A stretch of 64,000 bases of DNA, from contig JBCNOP010000003.1 of assembly GCA_039593775.1 (NCBI GenBank), forward strand, positions 19,521-83,520, in the 5' to 3' direction. Position 1 is the first letter of the stretch. Each line of letters opens with the position of its first letter. Positions 30,960-40,553 of the stretch are shown here, one piece after another. The notes beneath the pieces were generated by a model. That model did not search any database and had not been told where the DNA came from. It saw only the letters and a list, made by a program, of their open reading frames with translations. The position numbers were made by a program, and so were the translations under genes. Origin of the DNA: Pseudoduganella sp. GTDB lineage: Bacteria; Pseudomonadota; Gammaproteobacteria; Burkholderiales; Burkholderiaceae_D.

Positions 30960-31892
30960 TCATATCTTTTTGAAAATTGCCGCTAAAAAAAGGCTTATAT
31001 TTCCAGCCAGAGTCTGCCGATAAACTCCGCTGCGATTAAAGTTAAGCATGCGCGGAATCAAATGCATTTCCCGGGCCTGGGCAAAGCGCTTTAATATTGC
31101 GCGGTTTTCCGGGGTGAGCCGGTGCTCCAGTTTGCGCAGAGCTTCGATATGGATGCCGTTCCATTCCCTGAACTGGCCCTGCCACTGCCGGCCCAGTCTC
31201 CTTAAGCGGGCGCGCCAGCCATCATTCATGCCGATCACGTTCGCAGCGTGCTGGCGATAGCGCAGCGTGGGCGAGCTGTCATAGTGCACCCTGCCGCCGC
31301 AACCGGTCACCACCATATATGCCCACCAGTCGTGCACAACGATCGGCAGTTGCGCTCCCGCTTCTTGCAGCAATGCGCGAGCCGCGTGATTGAAAACCAT
31401 CGTGTTGCCACCGGCGATGCTTTGGACCAGTGCATTGGCAAAGCAGGGCGATTTATCGAACAAGGGCGATAAGCCAATCTCCTGGTTCCGGTTATCGACC
31501 AGGCGGGTCCTTGCGCAGTATAAGGCCGGCGTTTCGGACGGAATGCCATTCAGCCATGCCAGGGCGCGTTCCAGCTTATTCGCCTCCCAGACATCATCCT
31601 GGTCAGAGTAGGCGTAATAATCGGCCTGGATGCCTTCATTGCAGGTCAACGACAAAAAGTTTGCAACCAGCCCTTTTGCCGGCCCGCCGAGAACCGACAA
31701 GCGGCCTGCCGGCCACATTTGACGATACCCGTCCAGGATCTCTCGAGTACCATCTTTAGAGCCATCATCCGATGCCCATGCTTCCCATCGGGCATGGGTC
31801 TGTGCCGCGAACGAATCAAGCTGCTGAGCCAGGTACTGTTGACCTTGATAAGTGCACAACAGGATCGCCACCTTGGATTCGTGCCCTTCCAT
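30960..31892 (-). CDS. GT2 rhamnosyltransferase-like, paralog of 29791..30729
   Basis: 'AILLCTYQG', 'SDDGSKD', 'SDQDDVW', 'HDWW', 'YRQH', same C-terminal 'AIFKKI'. Start uncertain (31892-31946). Confidence 0.85.
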   Translation of the reverse strand: MEGHESKVAILLCTYQGQQYLAQQLDSFAAQTHARWEAWASDDGSKDGTREILDGYRQMWPAGRLSVLGGPAKGLVANFLSLTCNEGIQADYYAYSDQDDVWEANKLERALAWLNGIPSETPALYCARTRLVDNRNQEIGLSPLFDKSPCFANALVQSIAGGNTMVFNHAARALLQEAGAQLPIVVHDWWAYMVVTGCGGRVHYDSSPTLRYRQHAANVIGMNDGWRARLRRLGRQWQGQFREWNGIHIEALRKLEHRLTPENRAILKRFAQAREMHLIPRMLNFNRSGVYRQTLAGNISLFLAAIFKKI

Positions 31893-32197
31893 CCCGTATT
31901 GCCTAGACATAACTTTCCAAAAAAACATCAACGCGTTGAGCTGCACATGATAACCCAGCGAAGAGCTTGGCCCTGTGATACCTGCAGCTGCAGGCAGAAT
32001 GTCGTGACGGTGGATTCAACTAGGGACTTCGAGATCGCGGACCCAGGCGAGTTGCGTTGCAACTGCCCTGCTGGGCCGGTCCGCAACTGACAGATCAGAT
32101 GGCCGCGCCCTGGCGCCCAATTGCTGCGGGTGCGTGTGCTGGAAGGCGTTATACCAGCAGGAACACGCCTGTGGATGCTTCCGCTGAACGTGGCCGT

Positions 32198-32884
32198 TCA
32201 GTCAAGAAAATCGCCGTAATCGCGCTGGGCGTAGCCTTTGAGTTGCTGCCATGGCAGTGCGCTTGCCACAGTGGCCTGCGGCTGCACTTCCATGCGATGG
32301 AAGATGGTTGCGGCCTGGTCGCCGCTTTCGATCACCAGCGGGATCTGGCGCTGCTCGTCCCAGAGAACGCGGCGATAGCTGCCGTTGCGCACCTGTTCGC
32401 GCCAGCGCGCGCCCGGCACCGTGGACGGGCGCTGGGACAGCGGCATGGCCTGCACCAGCTTGGGGTCGCACAGGTAATAAGCGTTCGCCCAGGAACCGTC
32501 GAAGTCGACATTGCCATATTCGCCTTGCGGCACGGAGATCACTTCCTTGTTACGAGCGTCGACGTATTCCAGGCGCGTCTTGCCGCCGTCCTGTTGCACG
32601 TGGCGTGGCAGCAGCACCGGGTTGAAGTGCTTGTGCACACTGTGCTCGTGATCGCTGGCCTGGCCCGCGGCCTGGGTTTGCGGCGGCAGCACGCGCGTCA
32701 CCCAGACGTGGCCGGGACGGCGCAGCATGGTTTCTTCATAGCGCACTTCGCGCGTCACGCCTTCCGGGGTTACGGCCTTGCTGTAGTACTGGATGCGCAA
32801 GTCCAGTGCGGGCGCCTGCGCTGGCGGGGCGGCTTGCGCCTGGGTGGCGACCAACGCCAAGGTGAAAATTGCTGTACGGATCAT
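32198..32884 (-). CDS. Secreted hypothetical protein, last gene of the phosphatase cluster
   Basis: Sec signal ending 'AQA'; 'DHEHSVHKH' His patch; ends 'DYGDFLD'. Confidence 0.7.
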   Translation of the reverse strand: MIRTAIFTLALVATQAQAAPPAQAPALDLRIQYYSKAVTPEGVTREVRYEETMLRRPGHVWVTRVLPPQTQAAGQASDHEHSVHKHFNPVLLPRHVQQDGGKTRLEYVDARNKEVISVPQGEYGNVDFDGSWANAYYLCDPKLVQAMPLSQRPSTVPGARWREQVRNGSYRRVLWDEQRQIPLVIESGDQAATIFHRMEVQPQATVASALPWQQLKGYAQRDYGDFLD

Positions 32885-32905
32885 CGTGCTTTGAAACCGG
32901 TAAGG

Positions 32906-32934
32906 CGGGGTCAGACCCTCAGGGTCCGACCCCG
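32906..32934. repeat. REP-like palindrome
   Basis: cggggtcagaccct-c-agggtccgaccccg, an intergenic near-perfect inverted repeat. Confidence 0.7.
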
Positions 32935-32939
32935 GTGCA

Positions 32940-34337
32940 TCAGAAGCCGAAGGCTGCCTTCAGCAGGGTGAACACTTTGGTGTTGTCGATGGTGCCCTTG
33001 AAGGCTTTGGCGCCGGCGCCGGTGGCGAACAGCTTGACGTCGCCGCCGCCATGGGTTTCGCTGGACAGGCGCACGCCGGTTTCCTGCAGGTAGTTGTCGC
33101 CCAGCGCGGCAGCGCTGTCGACATTGGTGCGCAGGTTCGGGCGGTTCGGGCCATTGCCGAACACCAGGGTGGTGTAGGTATTGCCGTCGGCGTCCTTGCT
33201 TGGCTGGCCGGTCTTGTAATCGCGGTTGATGTCCAGGATCGGGTTGCCGCGCTTGCCGTAGCCGTTGAAGGCCAGGGTGTGATCATGGTCGGCGGTGACC
33301 ACGATCAGGGTGTTGGCCAGGGTCGGGTCAGTCAGCCTGGCCTTGTCCAGCGCAGCCTTGACCGCGTCGTCGAAAGCGATGGTGTCGGTCAGGGCGCGCT
33401 TGGCGTTGGTGCCGTGCAGGGCGTGGTCGATGCGGCCGCCTTCCACCATCAGGAAGTAGCCATTGCTGTTTTGCGACAGCAGGTCCATCGCCTTCACGGT
33501 CATCTCGGCCAGGCTTGGCTGGCTGGCGCCCTCGCCTACCGGCGGCGTGGCGCTGCGGTCCAGTTCATATTCGAGGTGGCTCTTGCTGCTGTACAGGCCA
33601 ATGAACTTCTTGCCGTTCGGCGCGGCCGCCATTTCCGCCTTGGTGGCAGCCACGGTGTAGCCCTTGGCAGCCAGTTCGGCCAGCAGGTCGCGGCCATCGG
33701 CGCGGCCGGCCTTATTGGTGGTGGCGTTGTAGGGGGTGAAGTGGTTGCGGCCACCGCCCATCAGCACGTCTACGCCGTCGCCCAGCGCAGTGTTGTAGCC
33801 GGCGCCGCCTGGCACCGCCTGTGCTGCGATGGCGTATTGCGCGTTGCGGTTGCAGATGTGCGAGTAGGTTGCGGCCGGGGTGGCGTGGGTCAGCTCGGTA
33901 GTGGTGATCGAACCGACGGCCTTGCCCTTGGCCTTGGCCAGCTCCAGGATGGTGGCAACGGCGGTGCCATTATTGGCGGCGCAGTTATTGACGCCCAGGT
34001 TGCCGTTGGCGTCCTTCGATGGCGAAGTGGCTACGGTTTCCGACGACATCGAGATGACTTCATTGGCCATCTTCACGCCAGTCATATAAGCTGCCATGGA
34101 AGGTGCGCTGTCGGTGGTCTGCGCGTCGTAAGAGTAGGTCTTGACGCGTGCGGTACGTTCCAGCTTGTCCATCGTCAGGCTGCCGTCTTCACCGTATTTG
34201 TAGATGCGGGAAGCGGTGATGGTGGACGGGCCCATGCCGTCGCCCAGGAAGAAGATGATGTTCTTGGCTTCGCCGGCAGCATTGGCGGCGTTGACAAAGC
34301 CCAACGCCAGTGCGGCGGCAATCAGAGTGTGCTTCAT
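32940..34337 (-). CDS. phoA: Alkaline phosphatase (PhoA family), Sec-exported
   Basis: 'FLGDGMG', 'TDSAPS' (catalytic Ser), 'THATPAA', 'VEGGRIDHALH', 'TADHDH', 'ETHGG'. Confidence 0.93.
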   Translation of the reverse strand: MKHTLIAAALALGFVNAANAAGEAKNIIFFLGDGMGPSTITASRIYKYGEDGSLTMDKLERTARVKTYSYDAQTTDSAPSMAAYMTGVKMANEVISMSSETVATSPSKDANGNLGVNNCAANNGTAVATILELAKAKGKAVGSITTTELTHATPAATYSHICNRNAQYAIAAQAVPGGAGYNTALGDGVDVLMGGGRNHFTPYNATTNKAGRADGRDLLAELAAKGYTVAATKAEMAAAPNGKKFIGLYSSKSHLEYELDRSATPPVGEGASQPSLAEMTVKAMDLLSQNSNGYFLMVEGGRIDHALHGTNAKRALTDTIAFDDAVKAALDKARLTDPTLANTLIVVTADHDHTLAFNGYGKRGNPILDINRDYKTGQPSKDADGNTYTTLVFGNGPNRPNLRTNVDSAAALGDNYLQETGVRLSSETHGGGDVKLFATGAGAKAFKGTIDNTKVFTLLKAAFGF

Positions 34338-34362
34338 AGTCGATTCCAGTTCTTAGATGTGG

Positions 34363-35823
34363 TCACAGTCCGGCGGCGGCCTTCACCAGGGCGTTCACCC
34401 TGGTGTTGTCGATGGTGCCGTTGAAGGTGTCGGCGCCCTTGCCGATCGCGCCCAGGAACACGTCGGTGCCGCCGTGGGTTTCGTTGCCGACAGAGACGCG
34501 TACCACGGCCTCCTGGTGGTAGGTATTGGCGCTGGTCACGCTGTCGTCCATGCTGGCCATGGAGGAGCGGCTGCCCTGGGTGCGGTTCTCGCCGTTGCCG
34601 AAGCCGATGATGGAATACGGCGCGCCGTCGGCATCCTTGCTCACGGCGCCGGTAACGTAATCCTTCACCACGCCCAGCACGCCGGCATTGCCAGCGGTGG
34701 TCTTGCCGGTGCGTTTGGCATAGCCGTTCAGGACCAGGGTGTGGTCGTGGTCCGCCGTCACAACAATCAGGGTGTTCTTCAGTTCGGGGTCAGTGGTGCG
34801 GGCCTTGGCAATGGCTGCCTTGATGGCGTTGTCGAAAGCAGCGGTATCCTGCAGCGCTTTCTTGGCGGTGGTTTCGTGCAGCGCATGGTCGATGCGGCCG
34901 CCTTCCACCATCAGGAAGTAACCCTTGCCGTTCTTCGACAGAACGTCCATGGCCTTGGTGGTCATGTCGGCCAGACTCGGCTCCTTGGCCGGGTCGCGGT
35001 CCAGGTCATAGCTCATGTGGCCGGAGGTGAACAGGCCCAGCAGGCGGCCGGTCTTGCTGGCGTCAATCGCATTCAGTTCCGCGGCATTGCTGGCGTAGGC
35101 ATAGCTCATGACCTTCATTTCCGCGATCAGGTCGCGGCCGTCGGCGCGCTTGCCGCCGGCAGCTACTGGCTGGAAGAACTGGCGGCCGCCGCCCATCAGG
35201 ACGTCCAGGCCGTTGCCCAGCGCGGCGTTGTAGCCGGTGCCGCCAGGTACGGCCTGCACGGCGATATCGTTTTCCAGGTCGCGGTGGCAGATGTGCGAAT
35301 AGGTCGCAGCCGGCGTGGCGTGGGTAACGCGGGTAGTGGTCACGACGCCGGTCGACCAGCCCTTGGCCTTGGCCTGTTCCAGCAGGGTTGGTACCGGTTT
35401 GCCGTTGCCGCTGCCGCAGTTGTTGCCCAGCTTGTTGCCGTTGGCATCGGCCACCGGATCGATGGCCTTGGTGTCGGCGCTCATCGAAATCACTTCATTG
35501 TTCATCTTCACGCCGGTCATGTAGGCCGACATGGACGGCGCGCTGTCGGTCACTTGCGCATCGTTCGAGAACGTCTTGACGAAAGCCGTTTCCGGCAGCG
35601 TGTCCATGGTCAGCTCGCCATCTTCGCCAACGGCGTAGATGCGGGCGGCGGTCATGGTGGTCATGCCCATGCCATCGCCGAGGAAGAAGATGACATTGGT
35701 CGGCGTGCCAGAGGACTGCCCATCCGTCACAGCGGAGTTGTTGGTGCCACTTTGGCTGCAGCCAGCCAGCAACGTGGCGATGGCAACGCTGATGGCCGTG
35801 AATAGGGAGGCTTTGCGTTTCAT
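34363..35823 (-). CDS. phoA: Alkaline phosphatase (PhoA family), lipoprotein
   Basis: Same motifs as its neighbour; lipobox 'LLAGC'. Start ATG 35823. Confidence 0.93.
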   Translation of the reverse strand: MKRKASLFTAISVAIATLLAGCSQSGTNNSAVTDGQSSGTPTNVIFFLGDGMGMTTMTAARIYAVGEDGELTMDTLPETAFVKTFSNDAQVTDSAPSMSAYMTGVKMNNEVISMSADTKAIDPVADANGNKLGNNCGSGNGKPVPTLLEQAKAKGWSTGVVTTTRVTHATPAATYSHICHRDLENDIAVQAVPGGTGYNAALGNGLDVLMGGGRQFFQPVAAGGKRADGRDLIAEMKVMSYAYASNAAELNAIDASKTGRLLGLFTSGHMSYDLDRDPAKEPSLADMTTKAMDVLSKNGKGYFLMVEGGRIDHALHETTAKKALQDTAAFDNAIKAAIAKARTTDPELKNTLIVVTADHDHTLVLNGYAKRTGKTTAGNAGVLGVVKDYVTGAVSKDADGAPYSIIGFGNGENRTQGSRSSMASMDDSVTSANTYHQEAVVRVSVGNETHGGTDVFLGAIGKGADTFNGTIDNTRVNALVKAAAGL

Positions 35824-35856
35824 GTGGTGTTTTTCCAGCATGGTTGAAAAGCCAAT

Positions 35857-35890
35857 ACGATACGGGCGCTTTATGACGGTCTCATGACTG
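35857..35890 (-). promoter_or_regulatory. Pho box plus -10 element for the phosphatase operon
   Basis: Minus strand CAGTCAT-gaga-CCGTCAT (35890-35873; 7-4-7 PhoB direct repeat), followed after exactly 10 bp by TATCGT. Confidence 0.8.
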
Positions 35891-35938
35891 CTTTCAAGGC
35901 GGGAGCGGGCAGTCCTGCCGCAGGCCTAGCAATACATT

Positions 35939-37138
35939 TCAGCTTGCCGCAGCCTTGCGCGCGGCCTTCGATGCGTACATGGCCTGGTCGGCATGCCGCA
36001 TCAGCTGGTCGATGACTTCCCCGTGTTCGGGATAGAGGGCGATGCCGATGCTGGCGTGCGGCTGCAGGGTGTGGCCGGCCAATACCAGCGGGGTCGAAAT
36101 CACTTGCTGGATCTTGCTGGCCAGGGCTGCGGCCTGCGCATGGCCGGCCACGTTTTCCAGCAGGGTGACAAACTCGTCGCCGCCGATGCGCGCCACCGTG
36201 TCGGCTTCGCGCACGCAGGAAGTGATGCGGCGGGCAATGGCATGCAATAGCTGGTCGCCCACCACATGGCCATACTTGTCGTTGACCTGCTTGAAGTCGT
36301 CCAGGTCGATGAACAGCAGCGCGCCGCGCGATTGGCCGCGCCGGCAGCGCGCAATGGCGGACAGGATGCGGTCCTGGAACAGGCGCCGGTTGGGCAGGCC
36401 GGTCAGCTCGTCGTAGCGCGCGGCGTGGGCCAGGTCGGCATGCAGCGCCAGCCTTTCAATGACGGCGCCGGCCTGGCCGGCGGTAAATTCCAGCAAATCG
36501 ATTTCCTTGGCCGACAGCGCGCCGTGGCGCCCCAGGTCCAGCCGCATTTCGCCGAACGCGATGCCGGAGGCCGACAGGCTGACGTGGTGCCAGCCCGCCA
36601 GGTCCGGCGGGGCAGCGCCCGTTGGCGTGCTGGCATACGCCTGGCGTTCGCCCGGCTGCAGCACCACGGCCATGCCGCGCAGCGGCAGCAAGCCTTGCAG
36701 AATCTGGTCGAAGGCGGCAAACAGTTCGGGCAGCGTTTCCGCGCCGTGGGCGGCGGTGGCCAGCGCCAGCATGCCGGCCTGGCGCTGCTCCGCAAGTTTG
36801 CGCTCGCTGATGTCGCGCGCCACGCCAATGCGCAGCCGGTCCCGCTCCGACCAGCGTGCCGTCCACATGATGTGGGCCACGCTGCCGTCCTTGCGCAGGT
36901 AGCGGTTCTCGAAACCGAGCCGGGGATGGCCGTTCAGCACATGTCCCATTTCCGCCACAGTGCGGGCCTTGTCGTCGGGATGGATGAAGTCAAGGATGAC
37001 GCGGCCGATCATTTCTTCCGGCGCATAACCGAAGATCGCCCGGCAGGCGGGATTGACGAACACGATGCGCCCGCCCTCGTCCACCATGAAGACGGCGTCC
37101 AGTAACAACTCCGGCAGGCGCTCTAATGCATCGGTCAT
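35939..37138 (-). CDS. PAS / degenerate GAF / GGDEF diguanylate cyclase
   Basis: PAS 'FIHPDD..ENRYLRKDG'; 'DELTGLPNRR', 'FIDLDDFKQVND', I-site READ, intact GGDEF. Confidence 0.92.
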   Translation of the reverse strand: MTDALERLPELLLDAVFMVDEGGRIVFVNPACRAIFGYAPEEMIGRVILDFIHPDDKARTVAEMGHVLNGHPRLGFENRYLRKDGSVAHIMWTARWSERDRLRIGVARDISERKLAEQRQAGMLALATAAHGAETLPELFAAFDQILQGLLPLRGMAVVLQPGERQAYASTPTGAAPPDLAGWHHVSLSASGIAFGEMRLDLGRHGALSAKEIDLLEFTAGQAGAVIERLALHADLAHAARYDELTGLPNRRLFQDRILSAIARCRRGQSRGALLFIDLDDFKQVNDKYGHVVGDQLLHAIARRITSCVREADTVARIGGDEFVTLLENVAGHAQAAALASKIQQVISTPLVLAGHTLQPHASIGIALYPEHGEVIDQLMRHADQAMYASKAARKAAAS

Positions 37139-37174
37139 GCGCCGAGGATACCGCAAAACCAGTTGCCTTCAGAT

Positions 37175-37534
37175 TTATTGGCAGGCCTGCTTCAGGTAGG
37201 CGATCAGGTCGGCGCGCTCAGTGCCGTCCTTGACACCGGCATAGCCCATGCTGGTGCCTGGCACGGTTTTCAGCGGGTCGGCCAGGAACAGGTTCAGCGT
37301 CTTTTCGTTCCAGACGATGCGCGAGCGACGCATCGCCTCCGAATAAGGGAAGCCGGCAACGCTGCCGGCGCGGCGGCCGAACAGGCCGCAGTGGCGCGGC
37401 CCGGTGCGGTCGTATGCCAGCGCATGGCAGGCGAGGCAGCGCTCGTAGACCACCTTGCCGGCCGCCACGCTGGCGGGTGGTGCGGCCAGCGCCGGGGCGC
37501 ACGCCAGCGCCAGAGCGGCCAACACGCCTCTCAT
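37175..37534 (-). CDS. Class I cytochrome c (c2-like)
   Basis: Signal peptide, CLACH, 'TGP..GLFGRRAGS', 'PGTSM' axial Met. Start ATG 37534 overlaps the upstream stop (ATGA). Confidence 0.92.
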   Translation of the reverse strand: MRGVLAALALACAPALAAPPASVAAGKVVYERCLACHALAYDRTGPRHCGLFGRRAGSVAGFPYSEAMRRSRIVWNEKTLNLFLADPLKTVPGTSMGYAGVKDGTERADLIAYLKQACQ

Positions 37535-38079
37535 GACATGAAGGCCGAGGGCACCGGCGCTTCGCCGAGCGCGTTGCGCAGCACGGCCCAGTGCATCGCC
37601 TCGTCGCCCAGGATGCTGGCGGCGGCCTTGGCCAGCTCGCGGTTGCCGAACAGCGGCACGGCGCCGAGATAGGCGCTGACAGCGCCCTTTTCCAGTGCGG
37701 CGGCAAAACGCAGCACGTCCGCCTGCGATTTCAGGTTCTCGGTCGGGAAGTTGTACTTCGCCTTCGCGCTGACGGCTTTGCCGCCAAGCTTGCCAATGGT
37801 CCTGGCCAGAATGTCGGCGTGCTCCTTGTGGTGGCCCTGGAAAGTCACGGCCAGGTCGAGCACGGGCTTTTGCAGCAAGCCGCTCTCTGCGCCCAGCTGG
37901 TAAGCGGCAATGGCTTCGAGTTCGGCGCCGAGCGCCGTGTTCAGGATGCGCAGGTCTTCGTCGGTCGACTTGTCGCTTTTGGCGGCTAGCGCATCTTCGC
38001 CCGCCAGCAGCGCCACGGCGGCGCCGGACAGCAGCAGGCCCGATTTGGAGAGGAAGAAGCGGCGGTTCAGGAAGGACAT
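37531..38079 (-). CDS. Tat-exported ferritin-like (di-metal carboxylate) protein
   Basis: 'NRRFFL' twin-arginine signal; helices 'ELEAIAAY', 'HHKEH', 'LEKGAVSAY', 'DEAMH'. Confidence 0.85.
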   Translation of the reverse strand: MSFLNRRFFLSKSGLLLSGAAVALLAGEDALAAKSDKSTDEDLRILNTALGAELEAIAAYQLGAESGLLQKPVLDLAVTFQGHHKEHADILARTIGKLGGKAVSAKAKYNFPTENLKSQADVLRFAAALEKGAVSAYLGAVPLFGNRELAKAAASILGDEAMHWAVLRNALGEAPVPSAFMS

Positions 38080-38102
38080 GATTTTCTCCTTGTTGTGGGT
38101 GG

Positions 38103-38693
38103 CTAGTTTTGCAGGCGTTGCAGGACGTTGGCGACAATACGGTCGCAGCGCGCGCCGTCGAAGGCAAACGCGTCTTCCAGCGCAACATCGAGTTCGCGCG
38201 ACAAGGCTTCACGCAGCAGGCCGCGGGCACGGAAGTAGCGCGTGCGCACGGTCGCTTCCGGGATGTCGAGACAGGCGGCGGTTTCCTCCACCGTCATTTC
38301 CTCCAGCGCGCGCAGGACGAACACCGTGCGGAAGCTGTCGGGCAGGTCGTCTATCTTCTGCTCGATCAGGCGCCGCGCCTCGCTGCGCAACAGCGCCTGT
38401 TCCGGCTGTTCGTGGTGTTCGTCCATTGCTGCCTCTCCGTCAAGCTGGATGATCTCGGCGCTGCGGCCCTTCTTGCGCGAACGGGCGATTGCTTCATTGA
38501 TGACAATCCGGGTCAGCCAGGTCGACATGCTGGATTCGCCGCGAAAGCCCTCCATCGCGCGGAAAGCTCGCAGGTAAGCTTCCTGCAGCACGTCTTCCGC
38601 TTCGGCGTCGTCCTTCACGATGCTGCGTGCCGTGCGATAGAGCGCGCGGTTGTGGCGGCGCATCAGCTGTTCGAATGCGGCTAGGTCGTTCAT
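38103..38693 (-). CDS. ECF sigma-70 factor with short Cys-containing C-terminal extension
   Basis: 'DAEAEDVLQEAYLRAF', 'TWLTRIVIN', region 4 'ETAACLDIPEATVRTRYFRAR', tail 'FAFDGARCDRIVANV'. GGGGA RBS before ATG 38693. Confidence 0.92.
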   Translation of the reverse strand: MNDLAAFEQLMRRHNRALYRTARSIVKDDAEAEDVLQEAYLRAFRAMEGFRGESSMSTWLTRIVINEAIARSRKKGRSAEIIQLDGEAAMDEHHEQPEQALLRSEARRLIEQKIDDLPDSFRTVFVLRALEEMTVEETAACLDIPEATVRTRYFRARGLLREALSRELDVALEDAFAFDGARCDRIVANVLQRLQN

Positions 38694-38724
38694 TGCTTTC
38701 CCCGTTCTGGCTGTTTTCATGACA

Positions 38725-38754
38725 TTGGATGTCACGAGTTCCTTCTGCGTTCCC
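38725..38754 (-). promoter_or_regulatory. Candidate autoregulated ECF promoter
   Basis: Minus strand GGGAAC-N17-CATCCAA just upstream of the sigma gene; a GGAAC -35 is typical of ECF promoters. Confidence 0.5.
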
Positions 38755-38767
38755 GAAAAATGAAAAT

Positions 38768-38792
38768 AAAAAAAGCCACCCGAAGGTGGCTT
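38768..38792 (-). terminator. Intrinsic terminator of the MCP gene
   Basis: Stem aagccacc-cgaa-ggtggctt, with an A run on + (U run on -). Confidence 0.85.
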
Positions 38793-38822
38793 GTATTATG
38801 CCGGGCGCGCGCAGCCGCGAAT

Positions 38823-40400
38823 TCAGCGCAGTGCCAGCTGCCGGCCCGGCATGCCGGCCAGCCGGAACTGGCTGACTACACCTGCCAGTTGCGCGGCCTG
38901 GTCCTGCAGCGCGCCGGCTGCGGCGGCAGCCTGCTCCACCAGGGCGGCGTTCTGCTGGGTGACTTCGTCCATCTGGCCGATGGCGCGGTTGACTTCATCG
39001 ATGCCGGTGCTTTGCTCCGCGCTGGCGACCGAGATTTCCGCCACCACGTCGCTGACGCGGCGCACGCTGGCCAGCACCTGCTCCATGGTGCTGCCGGCCT
39101 GCTGCACCAGCTGGGTGCCGGAATTCACCTGCAGCGCCGAGTCGTCGATCAACTGCTTGATTTCCTTGGCCGCCATGGCACTGCGCTGGGCCAGGTTGCG
39201 TACCTCCGATGCCACGACGGCAAAGCCGCGCCCCTGCTCGCCGGCGCGCGCTGCTTCCACTGCCGCATTCAGCGCAAGGATATTGGTCTGGAACGCAATG
39301 CCGTCGATCACCGCAATGATGTCGACGATCTTGCCGGAAGCGGCGCTGATGTTCTCCATCGTCAGGATTACCTGCTGCACCACCTTGCCGCCATCGCTGG
39401 CGACATTCCATGCCGACTGCGCGAGCTGGTTCGCTTCACGCGCATTGTCGGCATTCTGGCGCACGGTGGAAGTCAGTTCTTCCATGGCCGACGCGGTTTC
39501 TTCCAGCGAACTGGCCTGGCTTTCGGTGCGGGCCGAAAGGTCGAGGTTACCGCTGGCGATTTGCGCCGATGCGGTGGCAATGGCATCCGTTCCGCCGCGC
39601 ACCTGGCCCACTACGTGAGCCAGGCTGTCATTCATCTCGCGCAGCGAGTGCATCAGGGTGCCGGTTTCATCGCGCGAATTGACCTGGATATCGGCAGTCA
39701 GGTCGCCGCCCGCCACACGCTGCGCCACCGCCACGGCTCCATTCAATGGCGTGGCCACGATGCGCGCCACCCAGAGCGCCAGCAGCACGCCAATCACCAC
39801 CAGCGCGGCCAGCATGCCAATGATCAGCTTGCGCGACATGTCGAAACGTTCTGCCGCGGCTTTCTCGGAACCGCTGCTCCCTTCGTCGTTATATTTCGAC
39901 AGCGCCTCGAATTGCTCATTGAGCTTGCGGTAAATCTTGTTGGAAGCACCACGAAACAGCACGCGCGCTTCGTCCTTGTTGCCTGCCCGCGACAGCGCGA
40001 CCAGTTTTGTGCTCTGCGCCAGGTAGGCATCGACGTCCTGTTTCAGTTCGGCGTAAATACGTGACTCTTCGGCATCGGTCACCAACGCGGCCAGCGCTTC
40101 CTGCTGCTTGCGCATGGTCTCCAGGCGGCTTGCCATGGATTTTTCGATGGTGGTCATTTCGTCGCCTTCATCCACCAGGATGTGGCTGGCCTCAGAAATG
40201 CGGTAGCGCGCCAGCGAAGTCTGCACCTGTCCCACATAGCGCACTGCGGGCAGCCAGTTGGTGGCGATATCGGTTGAAGATTTGCTGACCTTGACCAGTT
40301 CGACGATGGAGAACAACCCCATCACACAGGTGAATGCGATGACCAGGCTGAAGGCGCATAGCAGCTTCTTCCCGATCTTCAGGTTGTAGAACCAACTCAT
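38823..40400 (-). CDS. Methyl-accepting chemotaxis protein (4HB sensor, HAMP)
   Basis: Two TMs, 'WLPAVR' 4HB start, '[34 protein letters not shown]'. Confidence 0.96.
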   Translation of the reverse strand: MSWFYNLKIGKKLLCAFSLVIAFTCVMGLFSIVELVKVSKSSTDIATNWLPAVRYVGQVQTSLARYRISEASHILVDEGDEMTTIEKSMASRLETMRKQQEALAALVTDAEESRIYAELKQDVDAYLAQSTKLVALSRAGNKDEARVLFRGASNKIYRKLNEQFEALSKYNDEGSSGSEKAAAERFDMSRKLIIGMLAALVVIGVLLALWVARIVATPLNGAVAVAQRVAGGDLTADIQVNSRDETGTLMHSLREMNDSLAHVVGQVRGGTDAIATASAQIASGNLDLSARTESQASSLEETASAMEELTSTVRQNADNAREANQLAQSAWNVASDGGKVVQQVILTMENISAASGKIVDIIAVIDGIAFQTNILALNAAVEAARAGEQGRGFAVVASEVRNLAQRSAMAAKEIKQLIDDSALQVNSGTQLVQQAGSTMEQVLASVRRVSDVVAEISVASAEQSTGIDEVNRAIGQMDEVTQQNAALVEQAAAAAGALQDQAAQLAGVVSQFRLAGMPGRQLALR

Positions 40401-40553
40401 GATGTCTCCCTATTATTTTGTTACCCTTGGGTTGTTACCAAGAAGCAAATTTCAGGATAGCAAACAACAGCTTTCAGTTTCCTTTCATCCATTGCCCTGC
40501 GGCAAATCGTTCGGTATCGTGTCTGGATTGTGGACACCTCACCGGAGCCGGAC

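Noticed and set aside
31975-32200. Several imperfect hairpins (e.g. gcggacc...ggtccgc at 32037-32084) upstream of the polysaccharide genes as a possible ncRNA or riboswitch
   Set aside because: No riboswitch or sRNA consensus recognised, and such pairing is expected in GC-rich DNA. An Rfam or covariation search would be needed.
37535-38230. 351-aa ORF suggesting a long N-terminally extended cytochrome c
   Set aside because: The upstream part is an alternative frame of the ferritin-like gene; the cytochrome starts at 37534 with its own signal peptide.
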